A stretch of DNA of 64,000 nucleotides from Marsupella aquatica. Taxonomy: Eukaryota > Plantae > Marchantiophyta. A program made the position numbers and the translations under genes. Each line of letters opens with the position of its first letter. Within the stretch, counting starts at the first letter, position 1. Of this stretch, positions 48,711 to 64,000 are shown in pieces. The notes beneath the pieces were generated by a model. It did not search any database, was not told the origin of the DNA, and saw only the letters and a list, made by a program, of their open reading frames with translations. The stretch is taken from positions 23,693,971 to 23,757,970 of the forward strand of contig OZ316892.1 of assembly GCA_973895155.1 (NCBI GenBank), given 5' to 3'.

Positions 48711-50122
48711 GAAATAATTCTGGGACATTTAGATAAGGAATCTTCCTGGCATCTCGTCTCGTCCTTCACACAAGGTGACATTACCCACACTTGCGAAAAG
48801 AACAACCTTAAAAAATTGGCTGGTATCGTAAATCTTCCAAATTTAGCGTCGCAGTGTGTGATGCAACACGAGGAAACGGGCTCTGGATCCGAGGAAGGAG
48901 ATACAGCAGTAGCACAGTAGAGAGCACGTCGATCCCTTGTTCCCACCAATTGCAACCGAAACAGCGCTCTGCTTTTGCAAATCCGAATGTGCCTCTGTGA
49001 ATCGTATTCACCCGTTTAGGGTTCCTTTTGTAGATGTTGTCTTTTCGGTTGGGGGAGGGAAAAACCTCCAGGAAGCTCTTCTCCGTGTGCGTAGCATTTC
49101 TCCAGCACTCCGGCAATTTCGAGCGGCTTCAGCAAAGGTAAAGCTATGCCGCCTGCTCCCAACCCCAGCAAGTTGCAGAAAGTGCTGTAATCAGAAGTAA
49201 TGACGTTTGGGCTTCATCAATTTGTTTCGGGACTCGCGGTCGTACCCAGAACACCCGCATTGCAGTTTGAGCTGGCAGTCTTGACATGCAATTACACCCA
49301 CTGATGGCGTAGTGCAGCTACGTGAAGACCTGAGGGAGATGAGGTCAACGCAGAACCTCCCCGACGATTTACGACCCGTTCTTGAAATAGGTGCTGCCAT
49401 CGTTAGAAGAAGAAATGCCAACCAGGTGATGCTCCGTCTCTGAGAATGGGCTGCTTGTTTGAGACAAATTGAAGGAATAGTTATCTCCTTGAGATCCTAA
49501 ATGCTGCTCAAGGAGGTAATACATAAATTTGCGTTACTATTGAGAATTTCCAGAGTGGATACTTAGCTCGAGGAATTAATAGTTAAGTTGGCGGTACTAT
49601 TGAGAATTTCCAGAGTGGACGCTTATTGTGTAAGGCCCCCAAAATTGCCGATAATATTTCTACTGCACATTCCCCTTTGTATTCTCAGGAAGGCAGTCGA
49701 AACTCTCTAATCTCCAAGGTGGAGATAGCATGCTGAGAACTTTTTGCACGAGTCTTATTTTATGAGTATGAAATTATCGTTGAGCCTCGACCTAAAATAA
49801 ATCACTTCGGTACTATAAAAATAAAATCTCTGTAAAAAATTCTCTAAATTAAGTAAGACTGTTCCTGATCCAAGAAGTCTAGGTTAGCGTTTTTGCGAAT
49901 ACCTTCTGCTGTACATGCCTATCCTTTCATACCGTGTCTTCCTACTTTGAAGAGAGCTAGCTACTGGAACCCAGCTCTCTACTTTCTGCGGATGTCCTAT
50001 AATAATAGTTCCTTGACTTCCTTTGCCGTTTGCTAGTGGTTAGAGAGAAAGCCAACGCTGCCTCTTTGCTCTGCTACTGGAAGACAAGCGGCAACTAAAG
50101 CTATTGTTTGTTTAGAATACCT

Positions 50123-51957
50123 ATGGACACTACAGAAAAGGAGATGGCAGTTCCGTCGCAACCACAACAACAGCAGCAGCAGCCTTCTGCCAAACCTAAA
50201 GTGAAGAAGTCCGCTGCTTCTGCCAATTCAAATGCTTCCGGGGCGGGTGCGAAAGGGAAAAATGCCGTGGACCGGAGACCTCCCGATCCATTGGAGCTAC
50301 AAATGGCCCGTCAAGACCTCTTCAGGGTTGCCAATCCAGACACTCACAGCCCCTTTCGTTCTCTCGAAGACGCCTGTGACAGGTATTCTCTTTCTCCACA
50401 GGTTGGGGACTTTGGCTTATTAAAGTAATGTGCGGTGGACTGATTTTAGCAATTTGTTCCCACTTCTGAACACTCTCTTTGAAAGAGTGATACAGTTTGA
50501 GTGAGTTGGAAAGTGAATGACTGTCGGTCTTCGAAGATAATGAGAGCGAAAGAAGGATTCCTCCACACAATATTGTTGATCGAAACTTTCGGGCACGCTC
50601 TCAAGATTCTTTAAATTCGCATATTGAGCTTGTCAAACTTGCACAGAGTTTGCATTCCTAATCCAAAATTTACTCGATGGTCGATGAGGAAATGTCGTTA
50701 TGACCTTATAGGCTAATGAGAGGTCATTGGTACTAAGGTTTCCCTCAGAACGATCAAAACCTAGGTCATCTGTTGCATGGCTAGTTCACCCGCCCCAGAC
50801 TCTCGGGGACACCCCCTGATTATTCGGAAATTCTGACTTGAATTAAGCCAGTCTATTTGAAGGTCTTCATTGGTTTCAAATTTGAGCCTCTGCTTCTTCA
50901 CTCGAATGCATTTTGCCACCTTCGTGAATCACAGATGATGGTATCAAGGGCTATTGTGAGGATCATGACTAGAAAATCACTTGTGGGTGGTTGTTGTAGC
51001 TTATGATAGATCCGTTCATATTGTAAGAGACATCGCATCTCCAGGACTCTCCTAGTGATGTGCCTATCCAACGTTTGCCCGCTAATTCTGTATGGGCTCA
51101 ACTCATCCGATTTCTCTTCCGAGTAAGTGGGCTCTGTAAGTTTTATTGCTCTATTTGCTGATGTAGTCCAAGGGTGATGATTCTAGGTGTGACTTATGTT
51201 TTGTCGCAGGCTTCTCCCGTATCATGTATTGGCTGAGTTTGATTTGGAGGAAACAGAGGAGAAAGGAGGGGGGCTTCTTTCAAAAAATCAAGCCTGGGAA
51301 GAGTCTCTCAAGAAGAAAACTGAAGAATTTGTGGCCAGTTTGGAGAAGCAGGTAATTCTGTACAACTCAATCATGAAGAAGCAAACCGAAGGAGACATGA
51401 GGGGAGAAGAGAGGATGATGGTGGAACAGTCACTTCTTGTAGAAGAGAAGCAGAAGTTGGCGACTGTGCGGGCACAAATAGAAGCGAAGGAGAAAGAGGA
51501 GAGGGAAGCAGCTGAAGCGAAAGCAAAAGAAGCCTTAGAGCAAGCAGAGAGAGCACGTGCTGAGGCACAAGCCCGAGCTGAAGCTCAAGCACGTGCAGAG
51601 GCAGCACAGGCTGAAGCTGAGTCAAAGGCTGAAGCTCTTCGTGCTGAGGCAGATTCCCTGGCAAAAGCAGAGTCTCAGGCCAGGTTGGAGGGTGATTCGA
51701 ATGCTGGTCCTGCTCCAGAGCCAATGAATATAACGGGAGTTGTAGAAAACGATGTTGAGGTCGATTGGGCGCAGCAAGATGAAGTGGATGACAATGGTGA
51801 GGAGGACGAGGAGGACGACGATGAAGGAGCGTGGGATGAAGATGGGGAGGAAGACGAGGACGATGATGAAGATCCTGACTCCCAGGGAGACGCAGCGATG
51901 GTGACAGATTATGCAACTCCCCCTTTTACGCAAGACAGAGTTTCAAAACCATCCTGA
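50123..51957 (+). CDS. GLTSCR1-domain protein (BICRA/BRIP1-2-like SWI/SNF subunit); exons 50123-50382 and 51210-51957
   Basis: Splicing gives ELQMARQDLFRVANPDTHSPFRSLEDACDR|LLPYHV, matching the GLTSCR1 core (PD...PF.S.EDA..RLLPYH). It has a polyQ N-terminus, an EERMMVEQ.L coiled coil, AEA repeats and an acidic tail. The intron is GT-AG, phase 2. Confidence 0.88.
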
Positions 51958-54900
51958 TTTTCGTGTGTATTGCTTTGAACCTTAATCTAGAGGGTCAAGT
52001 TGTGGCTGTGTGGTTCTCTGTCTATCTCTTCGTATTCTTTGGCACCACCTAGAGTGTCAGCACCTCTTCCGCGGTGTGGTAAAAGTATGCTTACTTTCTT
52101 CCAACCACGATGTCAAGCTCCTTACATTATAAGACAGTTTGCCCACTGAAGCATGCGATGAGATACCGCACGTCTGAGGTGGCAGAACGTTCAAGCAGAG
52201 ATTTCCAGACGGGGAGGGGTTAGATGTCAAGAAAAGGAAATGGAAAGCCCTCATGGGATAAATGGAGGACGACCGATTCGGTTGAGATCACAAATGCAAC
52301 GCTTTTTATGTGCCTGCGGTTTGCACAAGGTTGTGCGGATATTTCTTTCAGGGTTGCTTCATGGTCATGGTAACGGGGATGCACAAAATCCCTCAAAGGA
52401 CAAGGTAGTCGCCTGAAAGTGCATAATGATGGGTTTGTCTACGAGTACTGTCTCTTTAAGTTCCCAAATTGCGAACAAGGTGCTTCTAGTAGCAGGCAAG
52501 TTGCAACGAGTCAGAAACTGGCCCATTTTTCAGCGTGTCATATTTCTCCTCAAAGCAGTCTCCTCACAATAGTCTTCTCAAAAACAGTTTTGTTCATTCA
52601 AATGTTAGATATTTTGTCGATCACCCCGAAAGAAAGTTATGTGATCAAATGACACTGGAGGTTGTTCATCCCAGATGAGTATACAACTATGTCACTTTGA
52701 CCAGCTGATGTTTATTCTACAGGCCGAAATGCCCGAGAGAAAGTGGAACTTAACGTTGTAAAGGTTCGTGGACATGGGAGTATTCAGTTGATGAAAATGG
52801 AGAAGCTTGGAGTCTAATTGAAAATACCCGATTACCATGTTATTTTATTATATTTTATTTTGTGTGTTTGTGTGTGGTGGGTGGGGGTGCTTGCGGAGTA
52901 TTATTTCTTTCCTTCAAATATGGGGATTCTTGAGAGAAATGATCAGCTTTTGCAATTGGAGGCGTGACTAGCTTTGAGGCACACCCAACAAAATTCTGCA
53001 TTCATAGATTATGTACTCATATAATTACATCCAACTAACTGTGGTCATCCAGGAGGGCTGTTCCTCTCGTGAGTTTTGTTGATCTGGTGGGGCGAAATAA
53101 GTTTATGTCCTGGCACTGCCCACCATGGTACAGGTAATTGATCCGGAAGTCGATGAATTCGAATGGATTCCCGAAAATTATGCCAAATGCGAGTAAAGAC
53201 AGCCAAAAAGTGTTGGCTGAATGACTATGCTTCAGAGGAAGCCAGTTGAGGGGTCGTATCATTCTAATCAAGTTGTGCCGAGTGGCGTTAAAAGCTGACA
53301 GTTTTCTGCGAATGTATTTTCCTCGCCGCAGCTGTCAGTCACGTATTGTCAGGATCAAAACCACTGAATCTGAAGGCGTAGTACGGGAGATTTTGAACCC
53401 AACTCTGGCAATTGCACCCTCAGAGATCCCTATTGGCTTAAAAATATCCTTTCCGACAACTAACAGCTACATCAGACAAAGGAATCGGGGAGGTTTCCAC
53501 AGGGACACAAAGACAAACAAGCTCCGGAAAGAACAGGATCTGTGCACCTTCTTCGCCCACTTCCTCACGTACAACTCCTGTGATCAGAACAACACAAAGA
53601 AAATCTCCGCGAGCAGCAGAGTCAAACTTAAACATTCGACGCCATACTCACAGCTGCAACCGCACTAGACTCGATTGCTACACGGATTGAATTTGTCATG
53701 GCCTCCACATTCGCTATCGAAACTGGGCTACGTCAAGCTGGTTGTCTTTCTGCAACAGGAGCAAATGCATTCCATTGTGATCATCTGATGGAGGCGACAT
53801 TCACAGACCTTGCCATATCCATCTGCGGAGCAACAGCGAGCGACGTGGTAGTCTGCTGAAAGCTGGGCGTCAATTTCGTGGTTCAGGCTTGTGGAAGATT
53901 GTCCTGGCTGTCACACGTGGATACTCACGCCATGGTCATTCTCGAGACATCTCAAGCTAGAGAATTTTCTAGAAAGTTTCTATTTCCTTGGTAGGTAAGA
54001 TGAAACAATCACCAGGATCATCCTCGATTGATGTAATGCTAGCAAGATTTCTAATGCGAGTAGACAAAAGACATCTACATTCTGCCTTCGAAAGAGGGCT
54101 GGATGAGTGATTTGTCGGGACACCATACATTAGAGCAGGACAATTCCCATTCAATGATAGTGGATGAATCCATCCTATCTCGACTGCCTTAATGATTCTT
54201 TAATGATGGATCTGGATCTCTTCTCCTTGCTATCCCTCATCATGATTCTCTAATTCATTGCGAGCAATTCTGTGATGACCTCGGTGTCATTATTCCTAAG
54301 AATGATTATCATCCAGACTTCAACATCGTCAGGTTCCGTAATTTGACATGCACTTCCCTGATCCGTTTCTGTGAAGTAACTCGGCAAACCCATCATCGGA
54401 ACGCGTCGAACTTTCTCCCTTTCGGAACAGTAAAGTGATATTTACCCTTTATCAATTTTTGCAATGCAATGCAAGTTAGTAAACGATCAATGAGCTGAAC
54501 CGACACAATCTCATGTCATCATTCTTCGAACTGGAAAGTGCCGTGGCGTGGACATTTTGTACGTTCCCTACTCTTTTCAAACTGGACAGGAAAGTGCACT
54601 CCCCCACCTCGTGACTCCATCAATGCGGCTGCAACCCGCTCCGTTTCTACTTGAAGCAACGTCTTGATGGGCAACTTACTGGAGGAGTACTCTAGCCTCT
54701 AGGATTTCTCAGTGCACAGCCGAGGGACGAGGTAGGGCTGTGAAGAAGCAGTGCCGCGTGGATTGCTTTTGAGGGCAGATTTTTGTTCTAGCAGGGCGGC
54801 GAGCATGTTGGCAATCCCTGCGAGTCCGCCATGACTCTACACTACTACGACTAGCTCGTAGCTCGTAGCTCGTGAGCCCATAGCCTACGATGATCCACAG

Positions 54901-55204
54901 TGGTCCGGATTTGTCTTGCTGGTGGAAGCGAACGCGGACATGCTGAAGGGAGACGACTCTCATCAGGGAGTGTGAGAAGGAGTGGGCTACAAGGACGAGG
55001 TTGGTCAGTCGTGGGCAATGAAATGTTGTCCTGGTCGGACCCACGTCTCTGCAGTGTCTCCTGAGGAGCCTCTTGCAAACGCAAAGCTAAAAGATAGAGC
55101 TCTCAGTTAGACTCATAAGAGTTGTTTCAAGGGTGAGTATATATTTATATCATAAGGACAAAAAAGGACAAAAAAATGCCCATCAGGGAGACAAGGCAAA
55201 GCAT

Positions 55205-55410
55205 CCCAATAAAGGGAAGGAAAAAGGGAGGGGGAAGGGCCCCAAGAAGACCAAAAGTCTCAACAAGCCAAGGAGTCCCCCACAACCAAAATGTCCACCC
55301 TGGAGATCCTAAAGGCAAAGCAACCCAATAAAGGGAGAGGAAAGGGAGGGGGAAAGGCCCCAGGAAGACCAAAAAGGTCCAACAAGGCAAGGAGCCCCCA
55401 ACAACCAAAA
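55205..55410. repeat. About 120-bp purine-rich tandem duplication
   Basis: CCCAATAAAGGGA..AAA.GGGAGGGGGAA.GGCCCCA.GAAGACCAAAA..CAACAAG.CAAGGAG.CCCC.ACAACCAAAA occurs twice. Confidence 0.8.
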
Positions 55411-55591
55411 AAAGGAACAAAAACTCAAAGACCCCACTAAGTGGACAGAAGACTAACCCCCTATTGGGTAGAGAACTGAAAAGCCTGGTAGATCTAGAGA
55501 ATAAATAGTATAGGAGGCTCACAAAGTGAAATCTGTCTAGAGACCCTAGGCAACAATTTATGGCTAATCAATCCTAATCAACATTAATTAG

Positions 55592-56441
55592 CCTTGAGAT
55601 TACCTTTAGTCCTTGAAATAAGGTTAATTTCACAATATATCATGACTACTAAATTAATGTATCATGACTATTAAATTAAACTTGCATGATTATATGATTT
55701 GAATTCTACAGTAACTTTTCAAAGTGGAAGCTAGGATGGACGTAGGGAATTTCATTTGCTAATTGCGCTAATGTCAGCAAGTTTCATCCCTATGTTGGAC
55801 AGAGCTTATGCTCATTTGTAGCCATCAAATTTCCCTTGCCACCTTTCAATTTTCCACCCTCAAGAAGAGTGGTTTGGTTAGAACCACATTCAAAAATTTG
55901 TATGTGTGCAAGAGTCCAGGATTGCAAAGGGAACTCTCACTAGGACTGTGGAGGAACATGCTAAGTGATTAGATCCTGCTGTGGGAGGGACACACTTTGC
56001 TTGTTTAGTTCTTGCCAGAATTTCTCAGTACCGTTCCTTGAGATTACCTTCAGTCCTTAAATAAGGCTATTTCCACAATATATCATGACTATTAAATTAA
56101 ACTTTGCATAATTATCTAATTTGAATTCTAGACTTCCTTTTCAAAGTGGAAGCTAGGCTGGAGGTATGAAATTTCATTTGCTGACTATGCTAATGTCATA
56201 TAGTTTCATCCCTATTTTGGACTGAGCTCATTTGTAGCCATCAAGTTTCCTTGCCACCTCCCAATCTTTCACCCTCAAGAAGAGTGGTGGTTATAACCAG
56301 ATTCAAAATTGTGTATGTGTGCAAGAGCCCGGATTGCAGAGGGACACTCTCCCTGGGACTGTGGAAGGACATGCTAACTGATCAGATCCTGTTGTGGCAG
56401 GGACACACTTTGCTTGTTTAGCTCTTGCCAGAATTTCTCAG
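55592..56441. repeat. About 440-bp diverged tandem duplication
   Basis: CCTTGAGATTACCTT.AGTCCTT.AATAAGG...TTGCCAGAATTTCTCAG at about 55592-56028 and 56036-56441. Confidence 0.9.
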
Positions 56442-58744
56442 GACGACTCACTTGCCTTCATAATTCAGGATCCTTGTAAGGATCCTAGTTAGGGTAGAAC
56501 AAATCCCCTGGGTAACAACCTACATAGCCCCACCCTTGAGTCGGGCAGGCTTGGCTGCAGCATGGCCAGGCACATGGTTTTCAATTGCGACATGTCCCTC
56601 CAGTAGGATGTGTATGGGGATGTGCAACAACCACGTCAATAAAAGCACAAACTCCAACCAAGAAAAGACCTGATTGGCCTGTTGTCACTCAAGAACACCA
56701 TCAAGGGGGGGAAGAACAAAGTGGTATCCTGAGTCTCGGGCAATGGCTGCCATCACGTCACGAATGTCATCATGTGTCGTTCTGCTTGCTCCCATGGCCA
56801 CACCTGAGAATATGGACTCTCCCAGGATCCCAAGATGCCCTAGGCATGCAAGTGGGTTGACCAAGGAGGCAAGGGTAAGGTAATTATCCCAAGCGAAGGT
56901 GCATCGACGTGGTAAAGAGGAAAGAGTTCATATGAAAAGGGGACCACAAAGTACTAGCAAAACACCAAGCTTCATAATAGAATCTAGAACCAGGGTGTGG
57001 AGTGTATATGTAGAGGACATTGACAGTGTGCAAACTAAGGTTACTAGGATGTAACCCTGACCAGAAAGTGAAAATGAAACTTTGGCGTGAGCTAACTGGT
57101 CAGCTTTTCTGAGCATTGTCGGGGGGGGGGGGGCGGGGTTCGCTTCCACAGAATTGGCACATCATTTACAACCAAGAATATGGTCATTTATTGGTTGTAA
57201 GCTTGGTTCTCCCGGTTTTACGGGAAGACTTAAGAATTTTCATTGAAGAACATTAAGGCTCTTTTAAATTCAAATTTGACTCTTGTAAGGACATGAGGGT
57301 ATTTGTTTTTTGAATATTCCAAGAATACTCCAACTTTGTAGGGTAAATAATTGTTTTATTTAAAATTTTAGGGGGTCTAATGCTTAAAAGCTTTGCAGGT
57401 GATGGGGGGCCTCTTTATAGTGAGACCCCCAAGAGCATTCTCCTACAAGACCCTTAAGAGCATACTTCAAAGCTTCCTAGCAAGATCCCCTTGTTATATT
57501 AGTGATATGGGCTAGAGCTGCTCATTTTGGCAGGATGTGGAGATAACAATTGTCTTTCCATGTGCCCTCAATAGTTTCAAGCCAAATCAAAGCTAAGAAG
57601 CTTAGAGACAAGTCCCTGTTGGATTTCAAAGGATACATGTTGGACCATCTACGAGACAGTTTTTGTGAGGCAACCCTACCCTGAAACTTAGATTAGTCCC
57701 TTTCTTCATCTACATTTGATTATTTGGACCTTAATTATCTGACTAATGGCTCATGCCCAAGGTATTGTAATGGTATGCCCACATTGTGTGATATGGTACC
57801 GGTAGGTTTTCTGTTACTTGTTTTGGTTTTGAATGTCAACTTTACTGACCATTAATATGCAAAAGGAAAAACAAGGAAAAAATGCCTTTATGGACCTCAA
57901 GGTTTATTGATATGCTCAGATGGACTTTTGCAACCCAGACAGACTTCCCCTACACGTCAAGTTTTCTTGGATAACATGTTTTACACAAAAAATTAAAAAA
58001 TGGCATTTACACAAAAAATAGAATTGATGATTATGGGTCACCATCTTTTTGAGCTGCACTTCAACATCTCTAGATCCACTTCTGCTCTTTAGAAACAAGT
58101 CAGTCATATTTGGAAACATTTTGAGTGCCAAAAGTAGACATGTTCCAGAGTCTCCAACCTATGTTCGAGGCATTTTTGTAGTGGCAAAAGCTTGCCAAAT
58201 TCTCACTGAAAAGTCTATCACTTTTGGCACAAATTGGCCAGGGTTTTGGACTTCCATTAGCTAGTTTTCACCTACTCACAGACCCAGCAGACAGTTATCG
58301 CTCAATCTACGGAGATCCAATGGTCAGAAATTATACTAGTAAAATTAAACAATGACTCTTCCTAACAGCATCTTCTCATTCACCCAAGGTGTCACTCGCC
58401 ACCTTCCCGAAAAAGGAAAAATCTTTAAAAAGTAGGCTGGCGGGCCTTTTTACAGTTGTGACTTGTGCGAACAGGGCAAGGCGGGGCCGAGAGTAGGGCT
58501 CCTCGGGCAGTGGTAAGGGACTGGGGGCTTACCGGAAATCCAAACGACCCGATGGACATAGAGGATCCGAAAGAGGAACCGAAGGACTTCCTGGTCCAGA
58601 GACCCCTGGACAGAAGTGGCCAGCGAGCGGCCCCAGTGTGCCGGGTACCCTGCCCCTACAGTAGTAGTCCCTCATCAGCCCCCCGATCACTGTCCTCTCT
58701 TCACATGCACCTCCTTGCCCGACGGCACCAACAAAAAGAAAACG

Positions 58745-59335
58745 AGCATGAAAAGCGGGTCAATCACACATATCAAGATAATTGTTGTTCATTCTAGTCA
58801 CCGTCGATTAAAGTAAACTAACGGCTCCCAATAAATATAATAATGACCTGGATTTCTCTCTGATTTTAGAGAGGATGGGAAAATTTTAGAATTAGAGGGA
58901 AAAGTCAGAGTAGAAAAAAATCAGTTAGAAGGGATAGGAAAATCAGAAAAAAAAACTCTAATTGGACCCGTAATGAAAAGTGGGTCAATCACACAAATCA
59001 AGATAATTTCACATTCTATTCAGTCGATTGCATAGAGATAACAATTCAAAATAAATGAAATGACCCAGACTTTTACTGTAGCTTACTTTAGCGAGGATGG
59101 GAAAGTTGTAAATCATAGAAACATCTAGGAAAGCAAGCATAGGAAGTTTCTAAAAATCAGAGGAAAAATATTCGACTGGACCCGTAATGCAAAGTGGTCA
59201 ATCACACAAATCAAGATAATTCCTTTCCCTGTCGATTACATAGCTTTAGCAGGTCTGAACAAACAAAATGATCTAGATGTTTCGCCTACTTCAGAGAAGG
59301 GTTGGAAATTACTTAAAATCAGAGTAAACACCGTC
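58745..59335. repeat. Three diverged copies of an about 215-225-bp unit upstream of actin
   Basis: GGTCAATCACACA(T/A)ATCAAGATAATT at about 58757, 58983 and 59195. Confidence 0.85.
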
Positions 59336-60049
59336 GACTTCATCGATCTAACGGTTCTGAATACATACGATGACCTGGATTCCCCCATCCTCTCGAACTG
59401 GATCCATCCACAAAGGTCTCTCTCCCCCGTCTTTGCCCCTGGTCCTCCTCGGCCCTCCTCCCGCCAGCCAGAGCCAGCCAGCCAGCAAGCAAGCCCCTCC
59501 TCAACAACTGACTTTCCAGCAGTCCAGCCACCAAGGACTCCTTCGCCCTAGCCCTGCCCTGCCCTGCCCTGCCCTGCCCCGGCCCGCCCCGGCCCGCCCC
59601 GCGTTGCTCAAAGGAGGGAGGGACCACGACCTTGTCTTCACGCGCGTTCCGCCCTTCACTCCCTCGGCAGGGGCTACAACCCCGTCAAAGCTCCTTTTCA
59701 GCAGGCGCTTCCCTTTCGCTTGAATCCACTGCACTGCTCGCACCTTCGCTTGAATCCTCTTTCGTTGTTGCCTCGATCAAATCACGAATTAGCGCGCTCT
59801 CCTCTCCTCTCCTCTCCTCTCTCGCGCTCTCCCGCTCGCCGGCTCTCTGTGCTCTCTCTCTGTCTCTCTCGGTGCGCTCTCGAGCGACCTGTCTTCGGCT
59901 CGACGATTCTTCAGTGCTGCGCACTGCGGACTGTCGGAGAAAGGAGGAGCTGGAGGAGGAGCAAGATCGCAGCAGAGTGGTCTGTTGTGGCCGGCGGGAT
60001 CGGGATCGGGATCGGGATCGACGAGCGTAGGAGCCAGTTCAAGGTCAAG

Positions 60050-60578
60050 GTATGGATTGATTGCGGTGCTTCGTCCACTTGAGTCCCGTGGGCGTGCGTC
60101 TGTGGTTTCTTGTGTTGTGTGAGTGTGTGGTCAGATTCATTAGGGAGGATGCTGTGTGGCTACCAGTTGGTTATGTCCGCTCTTGTGGGCGAGGTCGTCG
60201 GGCTGTTTTCATCTCGGCTCTGTTTTTGGATTTTCGTGGTGCTTCGATGAGAGCGGGCCGTGGTTCTCTGTTTCGTTTTCTCGGGCATTTCGGATAGCCG
60301 CCTCGCGTGGTGAAGGTGTCTGTTCTGAACGCAGTTTGTAGGCCTTCTCTGGTTTCTTGATGTAAACGGCAGGAAGGTTTGCTGATAGGAGTTCGTTCTT
60401 TTTCTCCTAGTGTATGGTGGATTAAGAAGAAAGCTTTTGAGCGAAATGGTCGATTTATGGCTGGCCATGTCAGATGCAGTGTTCCATGATTCGGCAGGCT
60501 TCTTGGTCGGTGGTCTTCCTGTCTTCTACGTAGGTTCCACTTCTGATGTTATCTAACTTCCGTCGTTTTGTTCTTCAG
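60050..60578 (+). promoter_or_regulatory. Actin 5'-UTR (leader) intron; CT-rich leader and GCCCT/GCCCG repeats upstream
   Basis: AAG|GTATGG donor at 60050 and TTCTTCAG acceptor at 60578, 14 nt before the ATG. Leader introns are typical of plant actin genes. Confidence 0.65.
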
Positions 60579-60592
60579 AAAACTTAATCAGA

Positions 60593-62347
<1,755 letters not shown>

Positions 62348-63947
62348 ACGATCTAGTTGCAGCGTTTTTACCTGACTCTGTATGGGTGTAAGTAATCACT
62401 GGTGGAGCTGTTGTTTCCAGTTTGCGGTTTTGAATTGTTCTGGCAGTGGCGGGATGTAGCTCTGCGATGGTTTAACCTGAGGTTTGTAAAAATAGCAGAC
62501 ATTGAGGATGGCTGGGTACCCATGACTTTTAGGGTTTAGGTGCGGCCTCATGTTACCTCATCTATGGGGCCTGGATGTCTTACTTGTCTATGGCCTCGAT
62601 TATCAATTTTCACTGACACCTTTTGTTGTAATGCGGCATTTGAGCCAGAGCTCAAATTTGCATTGTCATTCTTATGCCCTCAAATTTTTAGGGTAGATGT
62701 AAGTGCCTGCTGATAGTAGATTTTGGAAGGTTCTGTGGCCCACTTCGAATATGTTACAAGCTGCAAGCTTCCAGTGAACTAGCTGCTTGTAGTTCTGGAT
62801 ACTGGAGCAGACGACTCATGGTAGACATGCCTCATTATGGCATAACAGATCTAATCTATAGACTCGATGTTAATCAGGCTTTGCCTTGCTTTGCATTAAA
62901 GAGCTGTCATGAGTTGAGAGACGAGGGCTCTCGGGCCATTTTTCGCTTGACTTAGTGTTTGGATATCGTCCCGGTAGTGTATTGTGGGGTGGGGTGGGGT
63001 GTGCTCATGTGACGTATTGTAAGTGATGTTGCGAACGTAACTGCTGGTTTGCTTCGCAGTAATAAATCGGGTGCTTTGCATTAAATATAGTCATCTGTTT
63101 CCGTAGTTTTGCTTCCTATTCCGATGGATCTCATCGGAGTTTTGTATGATCTGCAAACTTAGATCTAGTGATTTGAATTCGGTGCACAGGTCACGAATTA
63201 CTCACCTGCGTCTTGTGTGGCATTCACTAGAGGATTTCCGGATCCGAATAACTCTGAATTAACTTCCGCTGATTGTCTAAACCAAGCGGACCTTTTGGGG
63301 TGCCGTTCCATCTGGTCTATGGTAAACCAGTGCAGAGCATTCCTCGTGGACGGTGGGCTATCTCCAGTTCATGTTTACATGTTTACTTGTTTACTGAATT
63401 GCAAGTTTTTTGCTATTAGAATAGCCCTAGCAACTAAAGCGTGATTGAACGATGCAAAAATCATGCCACTAGGAAAGCAATGAATTGAGTGTATGTACAT
63501 TTAACTAAATCGTTGAAAATGTTAGTCTAGTCAAGAATATGTGTGCAAGGGAGAGCAGTGGAAGGCATCCGAATCTAGTCGATGATCCGAAATGGATTGG
63601 TTTCTACTTAACTTTCAGTTGGTAGCGCGCCGTGTGGAATGACCAGGGAAACAAGGTACCGGATATGAAACCTTTCAACCTTTTAACAAGGGTCTGGCAA
63701 AAGCAAAGACCAATAAGCAACCGTGGATCTCATCCCGTCTTTTGCTTTGTTTAGGAACACCATTTCCAAGTGTACACTGGCTATCAGGTATGCATAGAAG
63801 TTGAGTAGGCATGATAGTGGAGATCCATCAAGCACTAGCATAGCTGCTTGCCCAGTGATTCGAGGGATATGCCACCTGCCTTACGATAAACCTTACCAGA
63901 AACCCTCGCCATCAATGACTAAAATAGGAACCAATGAGAATGGGTAA

Positions 63948-63978
63948 TTTAGGGCTTAGGTTTAGGGTTTAGGGTAGG
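63948..63978 (+). repeat. Short degenerate TTTAGGG telomere-like repeats
   Basis: TTTAGGG CTTAGG TTTAGGG TTTAGGG TAGG near the window end. Confidence 0.55.
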
Positions 63979-64000
63979 TGGTGGTAGGGGGAGGGGGGGT

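Noticed and set aside
51371-51933. Antisense ORFs over the GLTSCR1 gene (also those over rhomboid, transposase and actin)
   Set aside because: These are shadow frames of genuine coding sequence.
53035-54420. Coding-like composition with short ORFs, possibly a pseudogene
   Set aside because: No family motif was recognised and all frames are interrupted.
59340-60468. ORFs of 79-132 aa upstream of actin
   Set aside because: They arise from GC/CT-rich microsatellites in the promoter and 5' UTR and are low complexity.

Overview
Land-plant nuclear DNA; the gene architecture and TE types suggest a non-seed plant such as a liverwort, but this is inference only. Four host genes are supported: an intronless rhomboid protease (5639-6682, -), a multi-exon PTC7-type PP2C (41443-45625, -), a GLTSCR1-domain BRIP/BICRA-like SWI/SNF subunit (50123-51957, +) and a canonical 4-exon actin (60593-62347, +). 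Between rhomboid and PP2C lies a roughly 28-kb transposon island. It contains (i) a CACTA/EnSpm element (about 10.3-18.27 kb) and (ii) a four-level nest: a Helitron remnant, a Ty1/Copia, a Ty3/Gypsy with CTTCA TSD, and a 314-bp CACTA MITE with CTT TSD. The most notable observation is that the CACTA element carries an intact SET-domain (lysine-methyltransferase-like) exon. This exon sits inside the first intron of the element's own transposase gene, and phase-0 splice sites would let one shared N-terminal Zn-binding exon be joined either to the SET exon or to the transposase. It is a candidate transposon-encoded chromatin modifier. All calls were read by eye; no database search was run.
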